64,000 bases of DNA from Promethearchaeota archaeon (GCA_048941015.1 JBHLNZ010000006.1:1-64000); one strand, 5' to 3'; counted from the first letter of the stretch, positions 9,767-21,000 are shown. Notes: generated from the sequence alone by a model not told the origin. Translations and numbers: made by a program.

Positions 9767-10519
9767 ATGATTATTCACTCGCTTTTTATTCTGCAGAAAA
9801 CTGGAGTATGTATTTATTCCCGAAATTTTACAAAAAATTTTGATAATATCGAGGCAAATTTAATAACTCCATTCTTTTCAGCTATCTTTTCTTTCTCTGA
9901 AAATGTTATATCGAAACAGACTCCGGAAGTTTTGGAGATGGGTGGCTTCAGATTCGTATTCAAAACTTACAATTCCTATATTTTTACTATCTTATCAGAT
10001 TCAAGTACCAGTTTGTTATTTGTAAATTCTCGTCTTGAGAGACTAACTGAAATTTTTAATGAATTCTTAGATGAAAACGAGATTGATGAATGTGAACAAA
10101 TTCAAAATAGACAATTTGATAAAATAATTGATTCAGTAATCACTGGAGAAGAGGATATTGTCTTAAGTCAACCACTCTATCGAAAAATAATTGATTTAAT
10201 TAATAATTTAGTTTTTGAAAACGAGATATTGGGCGCGGCATTAATGAATATTAATGGTAAGGTAATTTATTCTTCACTTCCTCATGAGATCCTCTTATCA
10301 TCATTAAAGGAATTAGAAATTCGATATACAGTTTCAAGAGAGTTTAGTACTACTTTCTATAGTCTAGAAAATGAGCAAAAAGTATTTTCAAAAATAGTAA
10401 AAATTCCATGGAAATTGGATCCTTTATTATTCGTTGTTTTATTTGATTCTACGGTTCCATTTGGGATGGCAGAAATAAATCTTGATAAATTTTCAAAAAA
10501 AATTGAAAATATAATATAA
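9767..10519 (+). CDS. Longin-like plus roadblock/profilin-like two-domain protein
   Basis: The N-terminus IHSLFILQKTGVCIYSR...LITPFFSAIFSF fits longin beta-beta-alpha. The second domain ILGAALMNINGKVIYSSL fits a roadblock/profilin hairpin. Confidence 0.65.
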   Translation: MIIHSLFILQKTGVCIYSRNFTKNFDNIEANLITPFFSAIFSFSENVISKQTPEVLEMGGFRFVFKTYNSYIFTILSDSSTSLLFVNSRLERLTEIFNEFLDENEIDECEQIQNRQFDKIIDSVITGEEDIVLSQPLYRKIIDLINNLVFENEILGAALMNINGKVIYSSLPHEILLSSLKELEIRYTVSREFSTTFYSLENEQKVFSKIVKIPWKLDPLLFVVLFDSTVPFGMAEINLDKFSKKIENII

Positions 10520-10579
10520 AGCAATATTTTGAATTAGAAAAATAATCTTTTTTTGTTTCTTTATATTAAAATTCTTAAT

Positions 10580-11845
10580 ATGTTTGATATTATCATTATT
10601 GGTGCTGGAACTGCAGGTTCTTCATTAGCAAATAAGGTTTCAAAATTTTCAAAGACACTTCTAATTGAAGCTCAAGATTATGATGCTGGAATACCTTCTC
10701 GAACAAATATATTTGCGGAACATAATAAACCCTATATCGATGATATCTTCTGGAATGATGATAATATCTTCCCACGGCCATTTTTGCAGTTGAATTATAA
10801 GAGTGAACAACATGATGGCTTATTATCATCTAAAGAGTTTGGAGCACCTTTAGGTAAAATATCGAAAACAGAAATATTTATTGAAAAACTTATCAATTCT
10901 TTCAAGGATAATGATGGAATAACAAAATTCAACGAAAAAATCGTAAAAGTAAATCGATATAATGATTATATTGAATTGATTAATAATAAGGGTGAATCTT
11001 ATAAAACTAAATTGTTAGTTTTAGCAACTGGTTCTCGTGGTTTTGAATTACAAAAATCTTTAGGATTTGACATACCAGATTCTTATAGTGGTGTTTATAC
11101 AAACATTTGGGCTGATGAAGATTTACTTCAGGATAATTTTAGTTTTCAATATATGTTTCATTTTAATCCAAAAATTAGTCTCAATGGACCTTTCTTTTTT
11201 AATGTTGGGAAGGAAAGGATATCAACGGGATATCTGGGAAATAAAGAAAACCCAAGTGAACTGAAAAATAAATTAGAACGTATTTTGAATAATTATCAGA
11301 AAATACAACCATTTATTAAAGGATTAAAATGGAATAAAAATGAATTTGTAACTGGTGACATCTCAAAACATCCAATTAAATCTTTTACAAACGATCGAGT
11401 ACTTATATTAGGTGAAGCTGCAGGCTTAGTAACTTCTTTTTTTTATGAAGGAATCCTTTGTGGATTGTTAAGTGCTGATGTTGCTGCGAAAATTATTCAA
11501 CCTCTTCTTGAAAAAGACAGTAACTATGATAAATTCGAATTAAATAAATACGATCAAGAAATCAAAAGAATTCTCTTAGATGGTTATTTCAGAAATGGTG
11601 ATGCATGTGAATATTTATTTTATAGTGGGGAGACATATTCAAAGACTTTATGGATTACTTATACTGATTTGTTAAACACAAATAAAACTGTAAGAAAATA
11701 CGTTTATGAGGCGCATATGATACAAAATTTATGGAATTATGACACTGATAGAGATCGTTGGGTAGGTGAAAAGTTATTTGGGGCCCTTCCAACCCTATCC
11801 AAGCTCATTTTATGGCCAAAATTTTTAAAGGCTATGATGAAATAG
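10580..11845 (+). CDS. FAD-dependent oxidoreductase, geranylgeranyl reductase-like
   Basis: DIIIIGAGTAG Rossmann motif, LVLATG, and LGEAAGLV...EGI. Confidence 0.75.
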   Translation: MFDIIIIGAGTAGSSLANKVSKFSKTLLIEAQDYDAGIPSRTNIFAEHNKPYIDDIFWNDDNIFPRPFLQLNYKSEQHDGLLSSKEFGAPLGKISKTEIFIEKLINSFKDNDGITKFNEKIVKVNRYNDYIELINNKGESYKTKLLVLATGSRGFELQKSLGFDIPDSYSGVYTNIWADEDLLQDNFSFQYMFHFNPKISLNGPFFFNVGKERISTGYLGNKENPSELKNKLERILNNYQKIQPFIKGLKWNKNEFVTGDISKHPIKSFTNDRVLILGEAAGLVTSFFYEGILCGLLSADVAAKIIQPLLEKDSNYDKFELNKYDQEIKRILLDGYFRNGDACEYLFYSGETYSKTLWITYTDLLNTNKTVRKYVYEAHMIQNLWNYDTDRDRWVGEKLFGALPTLSKLILWPKFLKAMMK

Positions 11846-12034
11846 ATCTTATAATTTTTTTTAAATTTTTTGTGTGAAAATTCTTCTTTTTGTGACAACA
11901 TCCGCAAATTTTTGAAAAAAAATTTTCTTTATATACCTATATTTTCTCATTTTTATAAAAAAAGTCAAAAAATTCACCGAATTTGGGTTAAGGTATTTTT
12001 GACTTTAAAAAAAATCAAAAAGTAGGTTTTAATC

Positions 12035-12529
12035 ATGGCGACTGAATATGCTATCTTAGCAAAATTAGGGGGACATGTTGGTTCTAATCCTGAAATAATA
12101 AGTTCTTTTCCTTCAATAGCAACAATAGGAGAAGAAACAGAGATTCTTAACAAATGTTTCCCTCTTGGATCTAAAGTGGGAGATTTTATAGAAGATAGGT
12201 TTTATAAACATCTTGTTCTCTCTTATATTTTCAAAGTCCGACGAGAAATGAATAGAGATGATTTATTTTCATTGTCTGTTCTTTTACATAAACGCGATAA
12301 AATTGATATATACAAACCTGTTTTAAAAGAACTTATTGATATATTAGACAGAAATAACTTATTGAATGAGACTATATTGAATCAATATCATGATACTATC
12401 TATGAAGGAATGAATCAGGAAAAGGACGTATATATCAAGGATCTACTAGTTGATTTTTCAAGAATTTTTAAAGAGATTAAAGCTAAAATATTTAAGCAAA
12501 AACCAGAATTAAAAGGAAGTTTTTTCTGA
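12035..12529 (+). CDS. Stand-alone uDENN/longin-like domain protein
   Basis: PEIISSFP-x12-ILNKCFPLG matches the uDENN P..L..yP...fCFP.G signature. It is followed by beta strands (LSYIFKV, FSLSVLL) and a helix. Confidence 0.6.
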   Translation: MATEYAILAKLGGHVGSNPEIISSFPSIATIGEETEILNKCFPLGSKVGDFIEDRFYKHLVLSYIFKVRREMNRDDLFSLSVLLHKRDKIDIYKPVLKELIDILDRNNLLNETILNQYHDTIYEGMNQEKDVYIKDLLVDFSRIFKEIKAKIFKQKPELKGSFF

Positions 12530-13173
12530 TGATAGAAAATATATTAGTCGAAAATTTAAGAGAGCTAGGATATCTACTTAGTGCTATTGTTATACCACTC
12601 GCTACCGTGATACTAGGAAGGAAAATGTTTAAAGAGAAAAAAATAGCAGGCAAATTTAATAATATTAGACTTATAACATTCGCAATTTTCACATGCTTTG
12701 CAATCATGAGTATATTAGAATATTTAGTACATTTATCTTTGTCACCCTTTTTAGATGAGATCTTTGGTTTCGAAATTGATAATGTAAATCTATATTCAAT
12801 ATTAATAGGAACAATGGTATCATTAGGCTTAACTCTAATTTTCTTTGCAAATCGATGGGAAGCATTTTATTACGTAGCATTATTTTTCTTTGGAGGGATG
12901 ATAATATTTTATTTTTTTACTGGATTTGATGCCTGGCTTGAGGTTTATATACAAATAGCGGCTATATGTAGCCTTATATTCATGTATCTTACAAGTTTTC
13001 GAGTAAAAGACAATGGAGCATTAGGTTTAGCTATTTTTTTTACTTTAGCATTTAGTGTATTAATAGTAAGTATTCCTTTAGTAACTCAAATATTAATCTT
13101 AGCATATGATATCTTCATCGTAATATTTTCTTTGGGATTTTTTAAAATATTCAAACAGGAGGTTTCTTACTAA
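12529..13173 (+). CDS. Seven-transmembrane protein of unknown function
   Basis: Seven hydrophobic segments of about 20 aa; 1-nt TGATG overlap with the upstream gene. Confidence 0.75.
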   Translation: MIENILVENLRELGYLLSAIVIPLATVILGRKMFKEKKIAGKFNNIRLITFAIFTCFAIMSILEYLVHLSLSPFLDEIFGFEIDNVNLYSILIGTMVSLGLTLIFFANRWEAFYYVALFFFGGMIIFYFFTGFDAWLEVYIQIAAICSLIFMYLTSFRVKDNGALGLAIFFTLAFSVLIVSIPLVTQILILAYDIFIVIFSLGFFKIFKQEVSY

Positions 13174-13174
13174 A

Positions 13175-13825
13175 ATGGTAGAATATGTATATTCAATATT
13201 AGAGATAATAATTGTTATTTTTGGAATACTTTCTCTAATCCCAGTTTTTGCGTCATGGAAAGATACTAAAAATAGAATGTACATTTCAATTTTTGTACTG
13301 ACCCTTGGACTTATAGCTTTTTCAATAATTAATTTGCTCACATATTTATTTGAAATTGACACTACAGTTTATCTTATTGGAGGATTACGGTTCGGTTACA
13401 TTTTAGGATATATATTAGCTACAATTCAATTTGAATTTATGCTTTACTTGAGGGATTTAAAGAAACTATACACTTTACCATTTATTATCGCATTTTATCT
13501 TATTATGGGAAATATATTAATCGTTTCCAGTGTAGCTTTCATACTATATCTCACATTTGTAGGTTATGTCCCAGCATATTTTCTTTTAAGAGATGGAAAA
13601 AGTAAACGAAATGGCTTAGCTTTTGGAACGGGATTACTTTTTTTAATATGGGGTATTGGTCAAACTATTCCACTATTGTTAATAACGATCATATTTCGAA
13701 CAGTCTCAGTTTTCTTTTTCTTTTTAGGATCCCGAGGATTCTATGAAAATTATATTTTCTTAGACCAACAAGAAGAGCAAAAGATTTTAGGAACATGGAT
13801 ATCCAAATTTGTAGTAAAGGAATAA
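13175..13825 (+). CDS. Seven-transmembrane protein, distant paralog of 12529-13173
   Basis: Seven hydrophobic segments. The TM5-6 junction is shared (KRNGLAFG vs KDNGALG), and the gene starts 1 nt after the previous stop. Confidence 0.75.
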   Translation: MVEYVYSILEIIIVIFGILSLIPVFASWKDTKNRMYISIFVLTLGLIAFSIINLLTYLFEIDTTVYLIGGLRFGYILGYILATIQFEFMLYLRDLKKLYTLPFIIAFYLIMGNILIVSSVAFILYLTFVGYVPAYFLLRDGKSKRNGLAFGTGLLFLIWGIGQTIPLLLITIIFRTVSVFFFFLGSRGFYENYIFLDQQEEQKILGTWISKFVVKE

Positions 13826-13870
13826 CTTGTAATTTCTTATATCTTTTTTTTATTTATTTTTCTATTTTTT
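13826..13870 (+). terminator. Oligo-T archaeal terminator-like tract
   Basis: cttttttttatttattttttctattttttt follows the second 7TM gene. Confidence 0.45.
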
Positions 13871-14046
13871 ATATCATTATTTAATATTCTTCACAATCAA
13901 CTTGTGTGTAAAAAAACGAGATTTTTCACATAATACGTTCGTTCAGTACAAAATCTAATAAAAAAAAAGTCATTTTTATTACATTTATTTTATATATGTT
14001 CTAAGTAAAAAATTCACTAGGATATTATTCTACAAATTGATATAAG

Positions 14047-14943
14047 ATGGGAGTAAAAAATATCTTAAAACGGGTTTTCACAAAGGATAAGAAGGTAGTT
14101 ATATGTGGCTTAGATTCTGCTGGAAAGACTACAATGGTTTCTTTCCTTCAGAATGGAACTTTTATTGAGCATACACCAACCATGGGTAAAGAAATGACAA
14201 AGATTGAAGTACAAGGAGTTCGTATAGACTTAATGGATTTGGGAGGTCAGAAAGACTTTAGAGATTTATGGATGGGAGAAGCTTCTCATGCAGAATGTGT
14301 AATTTTTATGATAGATGCTTATGCTCGAGAGAGATTTAATGAAGCTAAAGATGAATTATGGAAACTTTCTAATATTTTTAAGAAGAAGCCATTGATAGTA
14401 TTAGCAAATAAATACGATCTCCAACCTGTAGCTCAAATTAGTGAAATCATAGATGCTTTAGATCTTAAGAAATTACCTTCTTTCGAGATTATTCCAATAT
14501 CATGTAAAACTGGATTTGGTATTGTTAAGTCATTCATGAAAATCTATTACAAGTTAACTGGAAAGCAATTAACTAATAAGCTTAGCACAAAGGCAGTCAC
14601 TGTCTTCAATCAAGGAGGTATACCCCTAACATCTTCTTCTAATGAAGATATATTACAAGGTGGACTATTTGCAGCAATTAATAGTTTTGTAAAGGAATCA
14701 TTCAAATCTGATTTAGACCAATTAAAGATAGGTGATAATTTAATTATTTTTAAACGATCTAAAAATTTACTAGGTTCTATTGTAGTTAATTCAAGTGATT
14801 TAATCAACGTTGAGGATGCCGAAGAAGGTTTATATGAACTATTATGTCATTTAGAACATATGTGTCCTGAAATTGAAAGAGATCAATTGGATACTGAAAA
14901 GATTGACTACTTAGTTAAGCAATACGCTTCAAATCTATTATAA
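14047..14943 (+). CDS. Arf-family small GTPase with an N-terminal amphipathic helix and a C-terminal longin-like domain
   Basis: MGVKNILKRVF N-terminus; G1 GLDSAGKTT, PTMG, G3 DLGGQ, G4 NKYD, G5 SCK. The C-terminus reads AVTVFNQGGIPL...LQGGLFAAINSF. Confidence 0.9.
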   Translation: MGVKNILKRVFTKDKKVVICGLDSAGKTTMVSFLQNGTFIEHTPTMGKEMTKIEVQGVRIDLMDLGGQKDFRDLWMGEASHAECVIFMIDAYARERFNEAKDELWKLSNIFKKKPLIVLANKYDLQPVAQISEIIDALDLKKLPSFEIIPISCKTGFGIVKSFMKIYYKLTGKQLTNKLSTKAVTVFNQGGIPLTSSSNEDILQGGLFAAINSFVKESFKSDLDQLKIGDNLIIFKRSKNLLGSIVVNSSDLINVEDAEEGLYELLCHLEHMCPEIERDQLDTEKIDYLVKQYASNLL

Positions 14944-15003
14944 ATTTATATTATTATTTTTTTTAAAAATTATCTATTATTTTTATCAAAAAAAAAAGAG
15001 ATT

Positions 15004-18000
15004 TTATATTGGAATTATTATATCGAATAGAAAGTCAAATAGCACTTTTGAAAGCATGTCTATAATCAATTTTTCCACTACCTTTTTAATTACTTGTTTC
15101 ACTGCCTCTTTAATCGCTTGAGCAGCGATATTAGATGGACCACCACCATAAATACTTATTACAACATTTACACCTATTATCAGAGAATATTTAAGAGCCA
15201 ATCTCGCTATATCAATAAGGAAAGCCAAAAATGGGTCATCCGGTTTAGGGATCAGGTCGAATATAAGGTCGATCACAAAACCGATTAGAGCATCAGATAT
15301 TATAAATATTATATATGATGCTATTGGAAGAACACTTATAAGCTTTTCATGATACTCCTTATATTTATGAAATGTATCCCATATACGTTTTCCAAGATAT
15401 ATTAAACCTCTGCGAAGAGGTTCTAAAATCGATGGAAGATTATGAAATATAAATTCGATAAGTCCTGCAATAAAAAGAATTAGTAACTCAATTAATATTA
15501 CTTCAACATTAAGATCTATGTCTAGCTTAAATTCCCTAAAATTAAACTGTATCAATATAAGATCTATAGCAATTAAAGAAATGGCAACGATAAACCAACT
15601 AGGAGATTTTAACGAATTAATTAATTTAGATACGGATAGAAGAAGCCAATAATCATCAACATCTTCTTCATACATTCTAAGAAATCCATATAAGAACCAT
15701 CTCGAATATTCAAAAAGTCCGCAAAATGCTGTGAAAAGTATAAGCTTTAAAAGATCCATCCATGTTAATCCAACATATTCTCCAATGTAACCTGAAAAGA
15801 TATTTAAAACTAATAGTAATAAGAAAGAGTAAATACCTGCCTTCCATTTTACAGCATATTCTAAAGCAAAATAAAGAACATCAGATATAATTGGAATATA
15901 AATATAAGGTACATAATCATCACTAACTAGTATATTCGCTACTTTAGTTAATAGAAATACATAAAGACTTTGATTAAAATAAGATGCTATCTCTTGAATA
16001 TTAAGTAGTTCCGCAATATCTTCGTCAGCAATAGAAACTCTGATCTCATAAAGACCGGCGTTCATAATAGCTATTTCTACTCTTCCACTGCTCATATATT
16101 GATCATGGGCAACTTGATTTGTTCTCATTTCTAGAAGTTGAATATAGAATTCAACATTGCGAACAACACGATTATCTTCATCATAGAGGCAAATTGTCGG
16201 TTTCATAACATAGTTCATATCTTCCATTGAAATTGCTCCTATGTTGATCCCAATATGACCAATTTCAAAAATACGTAATCTATCTTGATGTGAAACCTCG
16301 ATTGGTTGATAATAATCATTCATCTTGATTTTGAGACGTAATTGATAATTTCCTGCTTGAATTAATTTATTTGTCACATTTAATTTTACATTGATATAAA
16401 CCCATCCATTATTATCTGACTTATTCGAAATATCTAAATATCTGATTATATCTCTAAAATGATGTATATAATATCCAAAATCAACAATTTGATTTTTTAA
16501 ATTGGACCCATTGAGGTAATCTTGAATTCTTGCAACAATTGTGATTATTTCACCTCTATGTCCAGAATGCTTTACATCAGGTCTATTTGGATTATTATGC
16601 CAGTAATCAATAAAAGTTAAGTTCAAGGGTCTCCTGAGTATTTTTGCAATCCTCCTTGAATTTGAAGGTGCAAAAAATCGTGCTCCCTGATAGGTTACTG
16701 TGCTTGTTTCAAAACCATATTTAGTTGGTGTGTAATAGATTGAATAATTTCCATCTTCCAAGGTAACATTAGCAGTACCATATGTGTTTTTTCCATTCAC
16801 TATTTGATAGTAAATAGTTCGATTAGTCACTATCATTGATCCATCCTTGATGTTGCATGAATAGGGTAAAGGATCGCCATCTTCATCGCGTAGAATAAAT
16901 TCAATTTGTTCTTCTTCCCAAAGATAATGTCTACCACTAGCATTTGGATTCAAAAAATGGTATTTAATTTCCAAAGTTGTCCTCTCAATAAAATCTATTA
17001 AGAATGAAGTACTTCCAGTAAAACTTGACCACTCTTCATCAATTACTACGGTAAATTTATGTTGTCCAGCTTGGAATGTATCATCAACTGGAATATTATA
17101 AGCAATAACTCCAGTTCCATTCTCAATAAAGAAATACTTTCCCCTAAATATATCGTCATGTTTGATTCCATCTCCATTTAAGTCGATATCGACAAATATA
17201 TTAATAGGAATGTCTTCTCTTTTTGCTTCTTCCAATCCTGTTTCTACAGTGAATTTAAATATATCTCCTCGCATTATACGGGGTAAGTTTATCTTTGTAA
17301 TGGATAAATCTGCCGGGACTCTTTCTATAATAAATCTTATTTCACTTTGAGAGGATAAGTATCCATTATTATATACATCATCGTCGAATAAAGGTAAGTA
17401 TAACGCTTTAATAATGAAAGTACCTGGAACTGTTATATTTAATGAAAAAGTAGCATTTCCATAAAGATTATCCGTAATTACATGTGTATTAGGCCTTAAT
17501 AGATTTGTAATTCCCCCCTCTTTATAGCATTCAATCAGAACTTTTTGACCAGTTATTGGTGTTCCTTCCTTGTCCAATAAAAATAGATCAATCTCATAGG
17601 GATCAATAACATTACCCTTCTCAGGTCCTTGAATAAGTAAGAGAGTTGTGTGTTGAAAAACTTGCAATCCATATTTGACCATATTTGATGTGGAATCATA
17701 AATTAGGTTTTGCATTCCATCAAAAAATACAAAGATATCAAATTTACCTAAATATGGAAATTCTTCTGGTTGAACTTTTAATGTCGCAGTACCATTTGAA
17801 TTAGTTTCAGCTTTACCATTATATAAAATTTCCTCTGGGCTCTTTGAACTATTGATGATATAAAAATTTAATGCAGCTCCTTGGATTGGATTTAATTGAC
17901 TATCAGTTAAAGTCGCATTAATTTGAAATTCAGTATGAAATAGGGTTTCTGTTCCTTGAATTGAGATTATAGGAATATCTTTAGAGATTATTAAATTAGC

Positions 18001-21000
18001 AGTATCACTACTTTCTTTATAGAAGTCATTTCCACTAGTATTGACATTCAGTATGTAATTTCCGGGAATCAGATTACTAATAAGAGAAGGATTGAAATTA
18101 ATGCTTGCAAGACCATTAGGATCTGTTAATGACGATCCAATTGGATATTTTGTGCCACTAGGGAATAGAATTGCTTCAAAAGTTACCATTATATCTTCAA
18201 TTCCATTGTTTGTATCATCTTCTAATAAATTAGCTACAAGTGAAGTATTATAATAATACGGGCAGTGAATATCAGAACCCATTCCAGTTTGGATGGAAAG
18301 GGCAACATCCTGTAGAGTGATATTTAACTTACCTTTAAATATAGAGACATTATCAGCATAAATTGATTTTCCATCGTAGGATACAATAATATCGTACTCT
18401 CCTGGGGCATAATCACATGGAAATAATAACTTTGCTTCTCCATTTGTATCTGTGGATGCCATACCAAGATAGTAATTATTCTCAGAGTTAGAGATGTTAA
18501 AATAGAGGGTCTGATTCGATAAGCGTTTTTCATCTGCCAAAAGAACAGCGCTAATATTTCCAATTTCATTGTATGGTATATTATTACTTACATAAACTAA
18601 TTGGATGTTCATATATTTGCCTTTATTTTTGAATAATTTCATTTCTTCTATTGGTTGGTATATATTATTTCCTTGAAAAGTCACGTTGAAAATATGTTGT
18701 CCTTTAGCTACGGAAACATTGTAATTAAATGTCGCATAACCATTGATATCAGTAACTGTAGTTCCTAAGGTTTGAGGGTTATCTCTGTCCCCCATTTCAA
18801 AGGTTAAGACTTGTCCAGGGATAGGTGTTTTTGGCTCAATTTCTATAAGTTCATCTGATTCAGAGAGATATTTATCATTTTCAACTAATCGTGCTTTAAC
18901 GTTAATCAAATGATTCGAATAAATATTATCATCTTCCATAATATCAATTTCCAGTTTTACAGATTCTTTCAAAACCTGTAAATTTAACTCCTTTGTTTCT
19001 TTAACAACAATTCCTAGCACATTTAACATAAGTATTGTTATCAAGATTATATAATCTGAAGCTTTAAAGAATAAAGGATCTATTAAAATCTCTAAAGTAT
19101 TCATTTTTTCTGTTGTTATAGAATCTGACATTTTGATTATAGTTTTATAGTTGAGATCTAATATTTTGAGATTGTACGTTCCATTAGCTATGGAAGTAAA
19201 ACTTATATTGATATAATCGGTAAGTTCTGCCTTCACATTTTCATATTCTGTTGGATCAACATCATATATTGGATTATTGACTATTCTTATCTCGACAGAT
19301 GCTGTATTGTTGTTATTATTATTGTCAATTGCTAAAGCATATATCACATATTCACCATCGACATAATCAGTTGTGCTCAAATTATAAATATAAAGATCAG
19401 AAATTGGGTCATAGTAGAAAAAATCTTCTTTCACTAAGGTTATTCCTTGATATAACAACTTAAACAAGACCTCGTGAACACCTGATTCTCTATCAAAAAC
19501 TCCTAGTTTAATTGTCGTTTTTTCCCTTAAAATATCACCATTTGATATCTCAGAAAACCATAATCTAGGAGGATTCATATCCAATTCAGGAGGAATAATC
19601 GTAGAATTTTCTAACACTAAGTCATATGATTCCGTGTCGTTCTCAAGGTTAGGAATCCATTCAGGGTTAATTTTTTCTAATGTTGAGCCCCCATAATCAT
19701 ACAAATCATTCATAGTATCTTGATTCTGTGTTAAAGGATCTTCTGGATAATAATTACTTATTGCTTTTAGATCCTTAATCAATCCTGTTCTTTCTGTTTG
19801 AGAACATATAAGCGCGATTCCGGAATATGATGAAAATAAAATCGTTATAACTAAGAATATTACTAAAAAGATCTTCTTTCTTCTTTTCCCTTTTGAAGTT
19901 TTAATCTTAAAATTAAATGAAGGGGTGATCATCAATGCAGGAACTAGTATGATAAAGAAAGTTTCCCAGAATGACAAACTAAAAGTGAATATACTTTGTG
20001 CTTTAAAATTAACTTTACATCCAAGATAATCATCGGTTCCCTTATAAGTAGCTTTAATAATATACTCATCATATTCTGGGAAAATCCAATCGAAAGTGTT
20101 ATTATCTCCAATGATAAGGTCAAGATAGAAATATTCAGTTGATCCTGATTCATCGTGACATATAATTTGTATTGCTACAAGTTCTCCTATCAACAAACCT
20201 CCTGTTGAGTTAAATAGAATTACATTTATGCTATATAACTCTCCAGGCCTAATATACTCAGGTAAATTTGTTTGAATATTAGTTGGTTCTTTTTCTACGC
20301 ATTTATGTTCTTCTGTCAATTGGCTTTCTTTGTATTCTTCTGTACCTGCGAAATATACTTTTATAATGTAATTACCAAGTTTAGTAGGGGTGAAATTGAA
20401 GAATGTGGTATCATTTGTAACAATTTCATAAGATTGAGTAATTTTTCCTTTAAAATAAATATCAACTGAGAGATTATACCCTTTCAATGCGATTAAAAAC
20501 TCGTCGTATAATGTGATATTTATGTCATAATTAATGTCAATTCGAAATTTGCTAGTAAATAATTCTAATTCTAATGATGTTTTGATTTTTCTGAGGTTGA
20601 AGTAAATTGGATTACTTTCTGCAGCATAATTATATTCTGTTTCATCAATTTTCGCTAATATCGCGGTATTCTTCCACCAGTTTGTTGTTGTGTAATTAGA
20701 AGTGTCCCAGTTAAAAATCGCTATACCTTCTTTATTAGTAATATTTGAGCCGATTAGAATTGGTTCTTTATTCTTTTGGAGAAAAAAGAAAGATACTTCA
20801 GCATCTTCATAAGGTATATCATAATCTTTAATCGTTACATTTGCAACTAATGTAAGATTGTTATTAAAATCTAAAATGCTATAATTCAAATACGTTCCTA
20901 AGAAATCAGTAGATTCAACAACGGAAAAGGCTTCAAGAATAGAAAGATCAATCTCAAGTTCAAATTTCTCAGAATAAATTTCTGTTTCATTACTACTTGG

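Noticed and set aside
12529-13825. Rhodopsin (schizo- or heliorhodopsin) identity for the 7TM proteins
   Set aside because: There is no DxxxK/SxxxK retinal-binding lysine in TM7 and no RYxxW-type TM3 motif.
19305-19325. Asn run (NNNNNN) in the giant protein as a contingency repeat
   Set aside because: It is short, uses mixed codons and is unremarkable in AT-rich sequence.
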